A DNA stretch of 24,846 nucleotides from a virus (Duplodnaviria; Caudoviricetes). Below are positions 16,662-23,827 of this stretch, piece by piece (position 1 is the stretch's first letter; each line of letters opens with the position of its first letter). The notes under the pieces were generated by a model. That model searched no databases. It had not been told where the DNA came from and worked only from the letters and a program-made list of their open reading frames with translations. The stretch is taken from positions 1 through 24,846 of the IMG/VR virus record IMGVR_UViG_3300017914_000796, one strand, 5' to 3'. The position numbers were made by a program, and so were the translations under genes.

Positions 16662-18187
16662 CAGAAAATATTAAAGTCTGTATTCGCGGTAAGCGCCGGA
16701 CCCTTTGCAAAGTTTCCACCGTAGGTGCCTCGACGCAATCGACGTTGTTCGCCACCCCCCAGCATCAGATATCCGAACGCATCCCCGCAGTGTGAATGTT
16801 CGTTCTTAACTGGCGCATCCTTGAACCGTTCTTGCCCAGCGCCGAGCGATTGACGCTTGAAGAAGTAGCCCCCGCTCAGAGATTTGCGCAGACGAATGCA
16901 CTTTTTATCGACCATCAGCCCAGGTTTTGAATTTACCAAGCGTGACATTGGGCTTGCCCCAGCTTCCCGGCGCACCTGAAAAGCGTTACTTTCTGTTGGC
17001 TGCGCCTTAAATCCGATCGATCGAAGGTGATCGAAGGCCGTTACCTCGTAGATCTCATCACGTTTATTACCAGCCGGGTCGCCCCAAATCATAATTTCAT
17101 GCTTATGGTATCGCTCCGCGATCCGGCCTAGAAGCTCTTGGCCAAATCTTTCCAGACCCATGTCAAACGTCACAAGCTCATCGATGATCCGCCAAGAGCC
17201 CGCAGTCGTGCGCTGCCCAAAGATCGCAGCCGGGGTCAAACCAAAGTCAACACCGATCTGTATCGGATAATACGGATCTACATCGACATCCCCAGACATA
17301 AGTTCATCGTCATATTCTGGCCATACGGGGCGCCCCTCCTGGACAAATGTGTACATGCCTTGCGCATAACACCTAATCCAATCGGCATTCTTACCGCCAA
17401 GTAGCTGTTGATAGTATCCAGGCGGCAGATTATTGCTGTTCTCCGCATCGGGATTAACTTGCCACCATTTACCACCAGAGAATACAAATCCTTGCGCATC
17501 CGGGTTTTCCTTCGGGATATCTTCTTTCTTTGGAAGTATTACACCCCCAGGCTGTCGAAAGAATGACCAAGCAAACTTACCGCCAATCGGGTTTTTCTCC
17601 GCAAGCTCATGCCACCAGTGATCGCTATCGGGCGGGTTGGTATCCATCCAGATCCCGTACCATGTCGGACCGCCATCAGATTTAGTAGGATATCGCCCGA
17701 CCCGGTGCGTCAAACCATCGATCACGGCCTTGGGAAGTTCTCGAGCCTCGTTCACCCAAGCCCCGGTGAGTTCCAGTGATAGTAGTTTCCGAACATCTTG
17801 CGGCGAAGAAAGTGCCATGAAGATAACTTCACAATCAATCCCAGGGATATCACCTCGCGTAGGAATACGAATATGGTGCGAAATCGGCGGCTGCCAGCGC
17901 ATTGATCCCCAGGTATCCTCGGGAAATAACTCTTGCCAGGTCTTAATGGTGGTCGTGCGCAGCTCGGGATATGTATTACGAACGATAACGAAACGGGAGT
18001 ATCGTATTCCATCGCGTGGGCTAGGTCGTTGCCTCACTGCCCTAAGCATTATCTCGGCTGCACAGCCATAGGACTTACCTGAACCAACCGGACCCATCAA
18101 CCCCCTAACGAAGCTATCGTCATGTAAAAACTTCCAAACAGTCGGGCTGTTCTCAAAGTTTAAATCAAGGCTAGGTATCTCCGTCAT
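16661..18187 (-). CDS. terL: terminase large subunit
   Basis: 508 aa; Walker A GPVGSGKS, Walker B-like AWVNEARE, DTNPP coupling motif, nuclease IGVDFG and SHCGDAFGY. Confidence 0.95.
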   Translation of the reverse strand: MTEIPSLDLNFENSPTVWKFLHDDSFVRGLMGPVGSGKSYGCAAEIMLRAVRQRPSPRDGIRYSRFVIVRNTYPELRTTTIKTWQELFPEDTWGSMRWQPPISHHIRIPTRGDIPGIDCEVIFMALSSPQDVRKLLSLELTGAWVNEARELPKAVIDGLTHRVGRYPTKSDGGPTWYGIWMDTNPPDSDHWWHELAEKNPIGGKFAWSFFRQPGGVILPKKEDIPKENPDAQGFVFSGGKWWQVNPDAENSNNLPPGYYQQLLGGKNADWIRCYAQGMYTFVQEGRPVWPEYDDELMSGDVDVDPYYPIQIGVDFGLTPAAIFGQRTTAGSWRIIDELVTFDMGLERFGQELLGRIAERYHKHEIMIWGDPAGNKRDEIYEVTAFDHLRSIGFKAQPTESNAFQVRREAGASPMSRLVNSKPGLMVDKKCIRLRKSLSGGYFFKRQSLGAGQERFKDAPVKNEHSHCGDAFGYLMLGGGEQRRLRRGTYGGNFAKGPALTANTDFNIF

Positions 18188-18584
18188 CTACCACCTCGGC
18201 ATATTCTGTGGTTGCCGGACCCTTCATGTTAATCCCAACAATAGAAGGCTTGTCGCTTTCCTTCTCAGGATTATCCAAGAACCCAGCAGCTTTAGCCAAC
18301 ACCCTCAATACAGCAACCTTATCATGCAATTCTATCGCAACCCGGCCATCCGGCATCGGCGTGATCTTCTTGATCGCCCTTAACGCATAATCCGGGATAT
18401 CTTCCTGTTTCTTCATCGTACCATCAAGATTCATTATCTCAGTGATCGATGTGGTCCCAAGAGCTATTAGCTCCTGGGCAACGGCTTCCTTGTGGTTCTC
18501 TAATGTCTCACTCGTCTTTAATCGACGCTGCGCAACGCGGATACCACCAAAGCGGCCAATCGGAGTTTGCCTAGTCCTGGCCAT
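18171..18584 (-). CDS. terS: terminase small subunit
   Basis: 137 aa directly upstream of and overlapping terL; VAQELIALG, AIKKI, IELHDKVAVLRVLAK. Confidence 0.8.
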   Translation of the reverse strand: MARTRQTPIGRFGGIRVAQRRLKTSETLENHKEAVAQELIALGTTSITEIMNLDGTMKKQEDIPDYALRAIKKITPMPDGRVAIELHDKVAVLRVLAKAAGFLDNPEKESDKPSIVGINMKGPATTEYAEVVDDGDT

Positions 18585-18720
18585 ACTTAACCTTTAATTG
18601 CTCAATCTCACGTTTAAGCCTATTGAGTCGTCTCTGATACTCCATTTTGTTAAAAGCAGCTTGAGCCTCCTTATCATGCTTAAATCTTTCGATGAAAGGT
18701 ATCCTATCTTTTCTAGCCAT
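18571..18720 (-). CDS. small basic hypothetical protein (49 aa, not in ORF track)
   Basis: MARKDRIPFIERFKHDKEAQAAFNKMEYQRRLNRLKREIEQLKVKYGQD; ATG directly after the previous stop; fills the gap and overlaps terS by 14 nt. Confidence 0.6.
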   Translation of the reverse strand: MARKDRIPFIERFKHDKEAQAAFNKMEYQRRLNRLKREIEQLKVKYGQD

Positions 18721-19011
18721 TCATCCAATCCTTAAAGGCAAACGATCCCTTTTCCGTTTGATGTTTTTATATGTTGCGCTCTCTTTGTCCATTTTAAGAG
18801 AAAACCCAGGATCACCATCCCAGCGTTCAGGGCCGATAACAATACCAGGGGCTATTTCCTCATCCCCCGTGTATGAACTAATTCCGAACAGCTTTTTGTA
18901 TAACAGTATAAAGCTTTCACTTAATTCGTTATCTCCATCGCGCTCATCGCTGCGATACTCATCAAGCGCGCCCTTTAGTAAAAAATACTCATATGGCGTA
19001 AGTACAATCAT
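18721..19011 (-). CDS. hypothetical protein
   Basis: 96 aa; AGGAGG RBS; co-oriented with neighbours; AT-rich. Confidence 0.7.
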   Translation of the reverse strand: MIVLTPYEYFLLKGALDEYRSDERDGDNELSESFILLYKKLFGISSYTGDEEIAPGIVIGPERWDGDPGFSLKMDKESATYKNIKRKRDRLPLRIG

Positions 19012-19020
19012 GGCAGCCTC

Positions 19021-19278
19021 CTAGAACGGGATCTCATCGTCCATACCAGACGAATTATTTTGCGGAGAAGATTGCTGTGGCTTCTGACCACCGCCAGACC
19101 CATCATCCTCAAACAAGCTAATCCATACCTCACCGTTCTCATCAGGTAAAGGCAACGCATTCAGCTTTATCCGCGTCCCTTTACTATCAGACCATCCAAT
19201 GCCCAAACGTACCCAATCCGTCTTGTCAGGATCATTCCGCCGCTTCTGTGGCTGCACCACTCTCAATGTCTTTTTCAT
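19021..19278 (-). CDS. short single-stranded DNA-binding-like protein
   Basis: 85 aa; W.RLGIGW...IKLNALP beta core, Gly/Gln/Ser linker, acidic DDEIPF C-terminus characteristic of SSB tails; AGGAAGGA RBS. Confidence 0.65.
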   Translation of the reverse strand: MKKTLRVVQPQKRRNDPDKTDWVRLGIGWSDSKGTRIKLNALPLPDENGEVWISLFEDDGSGGGQKPQQSSPQNNSSGMDDEIPF

Positions 19279-19445
19279 AACTCGTCCTTCCTAGTTGAGT
19301 GTTTAAGGTATCGCATACCCGTCCCGAAAATTCCAGAAAATATTTTTGTGGGGGACTGTAGCAGCAACGCAGGGGGGCGGGGGGCAAGGGGTGCCGATCG
19401 CGCCAGCTCGCCGCGGTTCGTTGCCGGGCAGGGGTCGCGCGGGTG

Positions 19446-20300
19446 CTATCTAGCCCGTAGTGATCGCACTGCTTGCGCTAGGGGGTCGTTTCTCTTGTGG
19501 GTGCTGTTGCCGGTGGCCTTGGCGACAGGGTTGGCAAAGTATCCTATGCCCCGTGCATAGTCGCGCATGTTCTTCCGGCAGTAGTCCCAATGAGATTGCA
19601 GGATGACCGCCCATTGTTCACGGGTTAAGCCATTCCTGATCCATGATGCCATCACATCTAGATCCTTGTCGTTAACATTCCTCGGAGTTCCAAAGCTTTC
19701 CGCAGATCGCAAAAACATAACACATAACTGTCTAGCCTCATCACTATTAATACTATTACTTATATTGTTATATGGTGTGTTAGTGTAACCTAATGGTGTT
19801 ACACCCCCTGTAACCTCTGATGTTACACCCCCTAGCGAGTTATCCACAGACTTATCGTTAATTTGTCTATTGATCTTTTCTAGGTTTTCTGTGGCTTGTG
19901 CTTTGAATTGTTCACCTGCTTTTCTGCGTCCTTCCTCAACGCCTATCTGTTGTGCGGCGGTTAAGTTTGCCTTGGCTTCGTCTAGATCCTCTGGCGCCCT
20001 CTTAAACACGACACGAATGGACTTTGTTGTCTGCCATTTATTCAGGGGCTTTGCGTCTTTAATGTAACCATACTCTTTCAGCTTCTTAATCTGTCGAGCT
20101 ACAGCGGGACGCGATACACCTAGTTCACTGGCAATCCTTCCCTGACTTACCCATGTCACGCCGAGATAGTCACAGTAACTACAGATCAGAGCTAACACAC
20201 TGAAAGCTGCGGTTCCATGCAAACGATGATCGCGGCAAGCTTCAATCGGGATGACTGCAAAGTTTCGCAGGTCTTTGTTTTTTGCCATTGGCGGTTTCAT
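19446..20300 (-). CDS. replication initiator-like protein with N-terminal winged HTH (lambda O analogue)
   Basis: 284 aa; WVSQGRIASELGVSRPAVARQIKKLKEYGYI HTH; central low-complexity linker that coincides with DNA repeats; helical C-domain. Confidence 0.72.
   Translation of the reverse strand: MKPPMAKNKDLRNFAVIPIEACRDHRLHGTAAFSVLALICSYCDYLGVTWVSQGRIASELGVSRPAVARQIKKLKEYGYIKDAKPLNKWQTTKSIRVVFKRAPEDLDEAKANLTAAQQIGVEEGRRKAGEQFKAQATENLEKINRQINDKSVDNSLGGVTSEVTGGVTPLGYTNTPYNNISNSINSDEARQLCVMFLRSAESFGTPRNVNDKDLDVMASWIRNGLTREQWAVILQSHWDYCRKNMRDYARGIGYFANPVAKATGNSTHKRNDPLAQAVRSLRAR
19741..19848. other. putative intragenic replication origin
   Basis: AT-rich tract 19741-19773; alternating TGTAAC/GTTACA at 19784, 19798, 19809, 19822; 13 nt direct repeat TGTTACACCCCCT at 19797 and 19821; perfect DnaA box TTATCCACA at 19840-19848. 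Confidence 0.65.
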
Positions 20301-21310
20301 TCACTTACCTTTTTGATGGTTAGTGCAATTTGTTCTGCTATCTGTGGAACGATAGCATTTCCTAATCCTCTAAGTCTGTCCACCCTTCTGGGTATCCCAT
20401 TAACCACTCGACAAATTGCGGGTTCAGGGAGCCAGAAGTGCGCGTTTCTTTGACTGCTGTTGTCAGCCCGATCTGCTTGCCCAACTTGATCCTGCGTTTG
20501 ATGCTGGGGTCTTCCATGCAGCCGCGATCCCTGTTGTCGCTTGCTTGCGGTGTAGGCCACATTGACCGAGCCACGACTGTCTCCAAGTTGGGGAACTTGT
20601 CGTTCACTCTGTTGTGAATGTTCTCCGCTGCCATTGATGTGCAGGCGCGAGGCGTAGGCCACATTGTCGGCTTTTGCGCTTCCTTCCATGCTTGCACTGT
20701 CTCTGGGTTGACTTGTTCCCGCAGATTGGCTGGCCTCGCTCTGCCCTTCCGACTTGTTGTAGCCTGCTTCTTTAACGCTTCTTTTGATCGTTGAGGTAAA
20801 TGATCCATCGTGTTTGGTGTCGCCCACATTACGGGCGATGATCCAGAGTCGGTCGCGTCTGTGCGGGGCATTGACACCGCAAGCTGGAACAATGAACGGC
20901 CTTGCGGCGTAAGTTTCGCTTTCCAGGTCAAATAGCACCTCGTCGAGGCCCATAGAGACGTGCCCATAAACATTTTCGAAAACGCACCAAGAGGGTCTTT
21001 TTCTTTGAATAATGGAAAATATGTATGGCCAGATATGTCTGTCATCTTCTGTGCCTCTGCGCTGCCCGGCAACACTGAAAGGCTGGCAGGGGTATCCTGC
21101 TGTGATGATGTCGCAGTCTGGAATAAGTCCATCTGGGTCATTTGCTAACTCCTTAACGTCTTCTGCAATCGGCACGTCAGGCCAATGCTTTGCAAGTATT
21201 TTTCGGCTCCACGGCTCGATGTCGCAGAACAAAACGGGCTTACTCAATCCCGCCCACTCGAAACCAAGAGCAAAGCCCCCGATCCCAGAACATAGATCAA
21301 CATGCCTCAT
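20297..21310 (-). CDS. C5 cytosine DNA methyltransferase, catalytic (alpha) chain lacking motif IX
   Basis: 337 aa; motif I DLCSGIGG, IV GYPCQPFS, VI FENV, VIII PHRRDRLW, X LGNAIVP; no motif IX and a low-complexity variable region. Confidence 0.92.
   Translation of the reverse strand: MRHVDLCSGIGGFALGFEWAGLSKPVLFCDIEPWSRKILAKHWPDVPIAEDVKELANDPDGLIPDCDIITAGYPCQPFSVAGQRRGTEDDRHIWPYIFSIIQRKRPSWCVFENVYGHVSMGLDEVLFDLESETYAARPFIVPACGVNAPHRRDRLWIIARNVGDTKHDGSFTSTIKRSVKEAGYNKSEGQSEASQSAGTSQPRDSASMEGSAKADNVAYASRLHINGSGEHSQQSERQVPQLGDSRGSVNVAYTASKRQQGSRLHGRPQHQTQDQVGQADRADNSSQRNAHFWLPEPAICRVVNGIPRRVDRLRGLGNAIVPQIAEQIALTIKKVSE
20362..21141 (-). CDS. nested out-of-frame methyltransferase beta chain (motif IX plus three WxTP modules)
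   Basis: 259 aa in the +1 frame fully inside the MTase gene; own RBS TAAGGAG 7 nt before the ATG; ends LNPQFVEWLMGYPEGWT, equivalent to motif IX. Confidence 0.82.
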   Translation of the reverse strand: MTQMDLFQTATSSQQDTPASLSVLPGSAEAQKMTDISGHTYFPLFKEKDPLGAFSKMFMGTSLWASTRCYLTWKAKLTPQGRSLFQLAVSMPRTDATDSGSSPVMWATPNTMDHLPQRSKEALKKQATTSRKGRARPANLREQVNPETVQAWKEAQKPTMWPTPRACTSMAAENIHNRVNDKFPNLETVVARSMWPTPQASDNRDRGCMEDPSIKRRIKLGKQIGLTTAVKETRTSGSLNPQFVEWLMGYPEGWTDLED

Positions 21311-21720
21311 TCATCCCACTCCACAGACACTAGGATCATTGGATCGCCATAACGTTTCGTTGCGATTACCTTGTGGACTTGTGCATCATCTTCGAACACA
21401 ACGCCGTTGATCGCGTCACAGGCGATCTTTATCACATTATCAATGTCTGGCCTATTTGGGGTGACTTCCCCTACTGTAGCGGCCTCTCTGCGCTTCTTAG
21501 ACCACGACTTAGGTATTTCGAACTGCGCTAGAATATGCATCCGACATTTTTCGTTTGTCGGTTCAAGTCCCAAATCTTGCATTGCATCTGATGCTATTGC
21601 CGCAAGCTTGTGTTCATAGTCGCGTGTTTTTTGTGGTGTATATGCGCGGCCTTGCCTTGTGAAACGTGGACGCCCTTTGCCCACGGGTTGCCCTCTCATC
21701 CAGAAATCAACCCTAGACAT
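21307..21720 (-). CDS. rusA: RusA-family Holliday junction resolvase
   Basis: PVGKGRPRF, YTPQKT..YE, RPDIDNVIK...DAINGVVFEDDAQV; ATG 21720 preferred over TTG 21729. Confidence 0.88.
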   Translation of the reverse strand: MSRVDFWMRGQPVGKGRPRFTRQGRAYTPQKTRDYEHKLAAIASDAMQDLGLEPTNEKCRMHILAQFEIPKSWSKKRREAATVGEVTPNRPDIDNVIKIACDAINGVVFEDDAQVHKVIATKRYGDPMILVSVEWDE

Positions 21721-21946
21721 TGCGAGCAAGCCACCCTTCTAAGTCTACCTGATCCGCGTCATGTTCGTTGAATGTGACTGGCGGTTTTTTTGCGCCGAGT
21801 AGGTTAATTTCTACCAATTCAGTGACAACCATTGCGGCGGATATACCCCGAGATTGTGATTCAATCATCAATCGATCCTTGATTGGCTTGGGCAATCGGC
21901 AATGAAAAGATGCAAGGTTTTCAGATACTTGGCGTTTTATTGGCAT
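21713..21946 (-). CDS. ribbon-helix-helix DNA-binding regulator (Arc/CopG-like)
   Basis: 77 aa; SFHCRLP strand, helix, GIS turn, helix (AAMVVTELVE); first gene of the leftward operon. Confidence 0.65.
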   Translation of the reverse strand: MPIKRQVSENLASFHCRLPKPIKDRLMIESQSRGISAAMVVTELVEINLLGAKKPPVTFNEHDADQVDLEGWLARNV

Positions 21947-21963
21947 TTTTTTACCTATTTTGT

Positions 21964-22008
21964 TAGTGATACCGCTTGACCATAGCGGAACCGCTTGCTA
22001 ATTATCAA
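21964..22008. promoter_or_regulatory. overlapping divergent promoters with two operator-like repeats
   Basis: Rightward TTGACC (21976), 17 nt, TAATTA (21999); leftward TTGATA (22008), 18 nt, TATGGT (21984); repeats TAGTGATACCGCTTG (21964) and TAGCGGAACCGCTTG (21983). Confidence 0.62.
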
Positions 22009-22041
22009 CCTGTGATTTGTTTTTTACAGGAAGGAACGACA

Positions 22042-22347
22042 ATGCAAACCATCATCACAAAATACCTTGGCCCAACCGATCATCGCGGATCACGCATTAA
22101 GGCGCGTCAGTCCGCATCATACGCGGGTACTCCTAAATCAATCACTATTGATTGGGACTACAGCCTTAACACAGAACACAACCACAAGGCCGCAGCAATA
22201 GCATTTGCAGCAAAGATGGGCTGGCATGGTGAATGGGTTGGCGGTGACAATGGCGATACTGGTTATGTCTTTGTCAATGCAAACGCCGCAAAAGATAGCC
22301 GCATGTCATTCATCGAAAATGAACCCGTAAATGTGGAGGACGCATAA
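22042..22347 (+). CDS. conserved phage early hypothetical protein
   Basis: ATG 22042 with AGGAAGGA RBS (the track start at 21976 is the -35 TTG); MQTIITKYLGPTDHRGSRIKA...NH.AAA pattern. Confidence 0.75.
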   Translation: MQTIITKYLGPTDHRGSRIKARQSASYAGTPKSITIDWDYSLNTEHNHKAAAIAFAAKMGWHGEWVGGDNGDTGYVFVNANAAKDSRMSFIENEPVNVEDA

Positions 22348-22664
22348 TGACAACCTTAACACTTACCCGCAAGTTTGTTGTCGCTAAGAACTACGACGAA
22401 GAAATACAACACGGAGTAGTTTACCTTGAAGGCGATCAAACCTTTGAAGAAGGCGATTACATTGAAAACTATTGGTACATCACAACCGAGCCATCAGGCG
22501 GATGCGGTCAGCACTACCTGCTGACCCTTGAGCGTAGCGAATACCGCACAGACGACGACAGCACAGAGGAACTAGAACGCCTTGAAGGATACCTTGTGGA
22601 GTGGATCGCTGATGAATGGGAAAAGATGGACCCCAAGGACATCACAATCATTGAGGAGGAATAA
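22347..22664 (+). CDS. highly acidic early protein
   Basis: 105 aa; GGAGG RBS; TAATG coupling; 28 D/E against 8 K/R by hand count. Confidence 0.75.
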   Translation: MTTLTLTRKFVVAKNYDEEIQHGVVYLEGDQTFEEGDYIENYWYITTEPSGGCGQHYLLTLERSEYRTDDDSTEELERLEGYLVEWIADEWEKMDPKDITIIEEE

Positions 22665-22667
22665 ACA

Positions 22668-22802
22668 ATGTTAGAGGCAATCGAAAATATCAAACAGGCT
22701 TTTAAAGAAGTAACCATACAGGAGTTTGTAGGCGATCTTATAGGCGCACTTAGTCTAGTGATTGGTTTCCTATTGTGTCTATTTTGGGTGCTAGTGATAT
22801 GA
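22668..22802 (+). CDS. small single-pass membrane protein (44 aa, not in ORF track)
   Basis: MLEAIENIKQAFKEVTIQEFVGDLIGALSLVIGFLLCLFWVLVI; GAGGAGGA RBS; ATGA overlap with the next gene. Confidence 0.7.
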   Translation: MLEAIENIKQAFKEVTIQEFVGDLIGALSLVIGFLLCLFWVLVI

Positions 22803-23035
22803 CAGAGCTTTCCCTTGAGGCCATGCAGAGCCTAAGAGCCGATGCAGAACGCCGCCTAAACAAGAAACAGGCCGAGCTTGACGCTATCCCCTCTGGAGTG
22901 CGTTCAGGAGCTTACAGCACAGACCAAGCGTTTCTCCAGATGGACATTCAGAAACTAAACCAAATGATCGCAGAATACGACGAGATCATTTCAGCGCGAA
23001 CAGATCAACTAGAGGAAGGTGAAAACGATGTGTGA
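22799..23035 (+). CDS. hypothetical coiled-coil protein
   Basis: Start moved to ATG 22799 (ATGA coupling); two heptad helices linked by PSGVRSG. Confidence 0.68.
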   Translation: MTELSLEAMQSLRADAERRLNKKQAELDAIPSGVRSGAYSTDQAFLQMDIQKLNQMIAEYDEIISARTDQLEEGENDV

Positions 23036-23351
23036 GCTATACAGTGTGAGACTTAAAAAAATGCACCACCGTGACGGACCAGAAACGGAACGCACGGCAG
23101 CGCGTAAGGTGGCCCCGCGGGTCGTCGGACGACGACTTGAGGCATTGGGAGTGCTTGCGAGATTGGGAAAGGCGTCAGGTAGTGACATTGCAAGCACGGC
23201 GGGGCTATCAATTCTCAGCATACGCCCAAGGCTAACCGAATTGCAAGACATGGAATTGATCGTTGATACGACAGGCCGCAAAGAAAACGAACACGGCAAC
23301 CCAGAAATCATTTGGGAAATAACAGAGAAGGGCAAGAAATATGTGGATTGA
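23028..23351 (+). CDS. winged helix-turn-helix DNA-binding protein
   Basis: SGSDIASTAGLSILSIRPRLTELQDMELIVDT...R...G....IW; ATG 23028 preceded by GAGGAAGGT. Confidence 0.7.
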   Translation: MCELYSVRLKKMHHRDGPETERTAARKVAPRVVGRRLEALGVLARLGKASGSDIASTAGLSILSIRPRLTELQDMELIVDTTGRKENEHGNPEIIWEITEKGKKYVD

Positions 23352-23826
23352 TTACGAAGAAATTAGGCGCATGTCAGACAACATTCGCGCCATGTGTGGG
23401 GACGATCAAGACACGTTTCTTGACACCTTGGACGGCGAGACAGACGCAATGGATATCCTTGGGGCTTTGATCAAAGAGCGCAACGAAATGTTGGGCAACG
23501 AAGCCGCGCTGAAAGAACTGGCAAAGCAATACAAAGAACGCGCCGACAGAATGAACGCCAAGGCGGATGCAATCGCGCAAACAATGGGGCATCTACTGGA
23601 CGCCATGGGCGAACGCAAAGTTCAGCACCCATTCGCAACGGTTAGCAGAACCAAAGCACGGGCGCGGGTCGTGATCGAGGATGAACACCAGATACCCACG
23701 CAGCTAATGAAGGTAAAAAAGTCCCCTGATCTTACGGCGATTAAAGCCCAGATGGACGCAGGGGAATATGTGCCAGGGGCTGCAATAGCCTTGGGCAACG
23801 AAGGCGTAACAGTACGGAGTAAATGA
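23341..23826 (+). CDS. Gp157-family (siphovirus Gp157-like) protein
   Basis: 161 aa; DTLDGETD, long coiled coil, V.IEDE..IP.......PDLTAIK..M..GEYVPGA. Confidence 0.82.
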   Translation: MWIDYEEIRRMSDNIRAMCGDDQDTFLDTLDGETDAMDILGALIKERNEMLGNEAALKELAKQYKERADRMNAKADAIAQTMGHLLDAMGERKVQHPFATVSRTKARARVVIEDEHQIPTQLMKVKKSPDLTAIKAQMDAGEYVPGAAIALGNEGVTVRSK

Positions 23827-23827
23827 C

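Noticed and set aside
19279-19345. sigma70 promoter upstream of the SSB-like gene
   Set aside because: A TACCTT -10-like box has no acceptable -35 at 16-18 nt.
20549-20830. CRISPR-like or DGR-like reading of the repeats in the MTase
   Set aside because: Only 13-15 nt, uneven in-frame spacing, coding in both frames, and no cas or reverse transcriptase gene in the window.
21976-22041. N-terminal extension of the first early gene in the ORF track
   Set aside because: The TTG is the -35 box; ATG 22042 has a strong SD.
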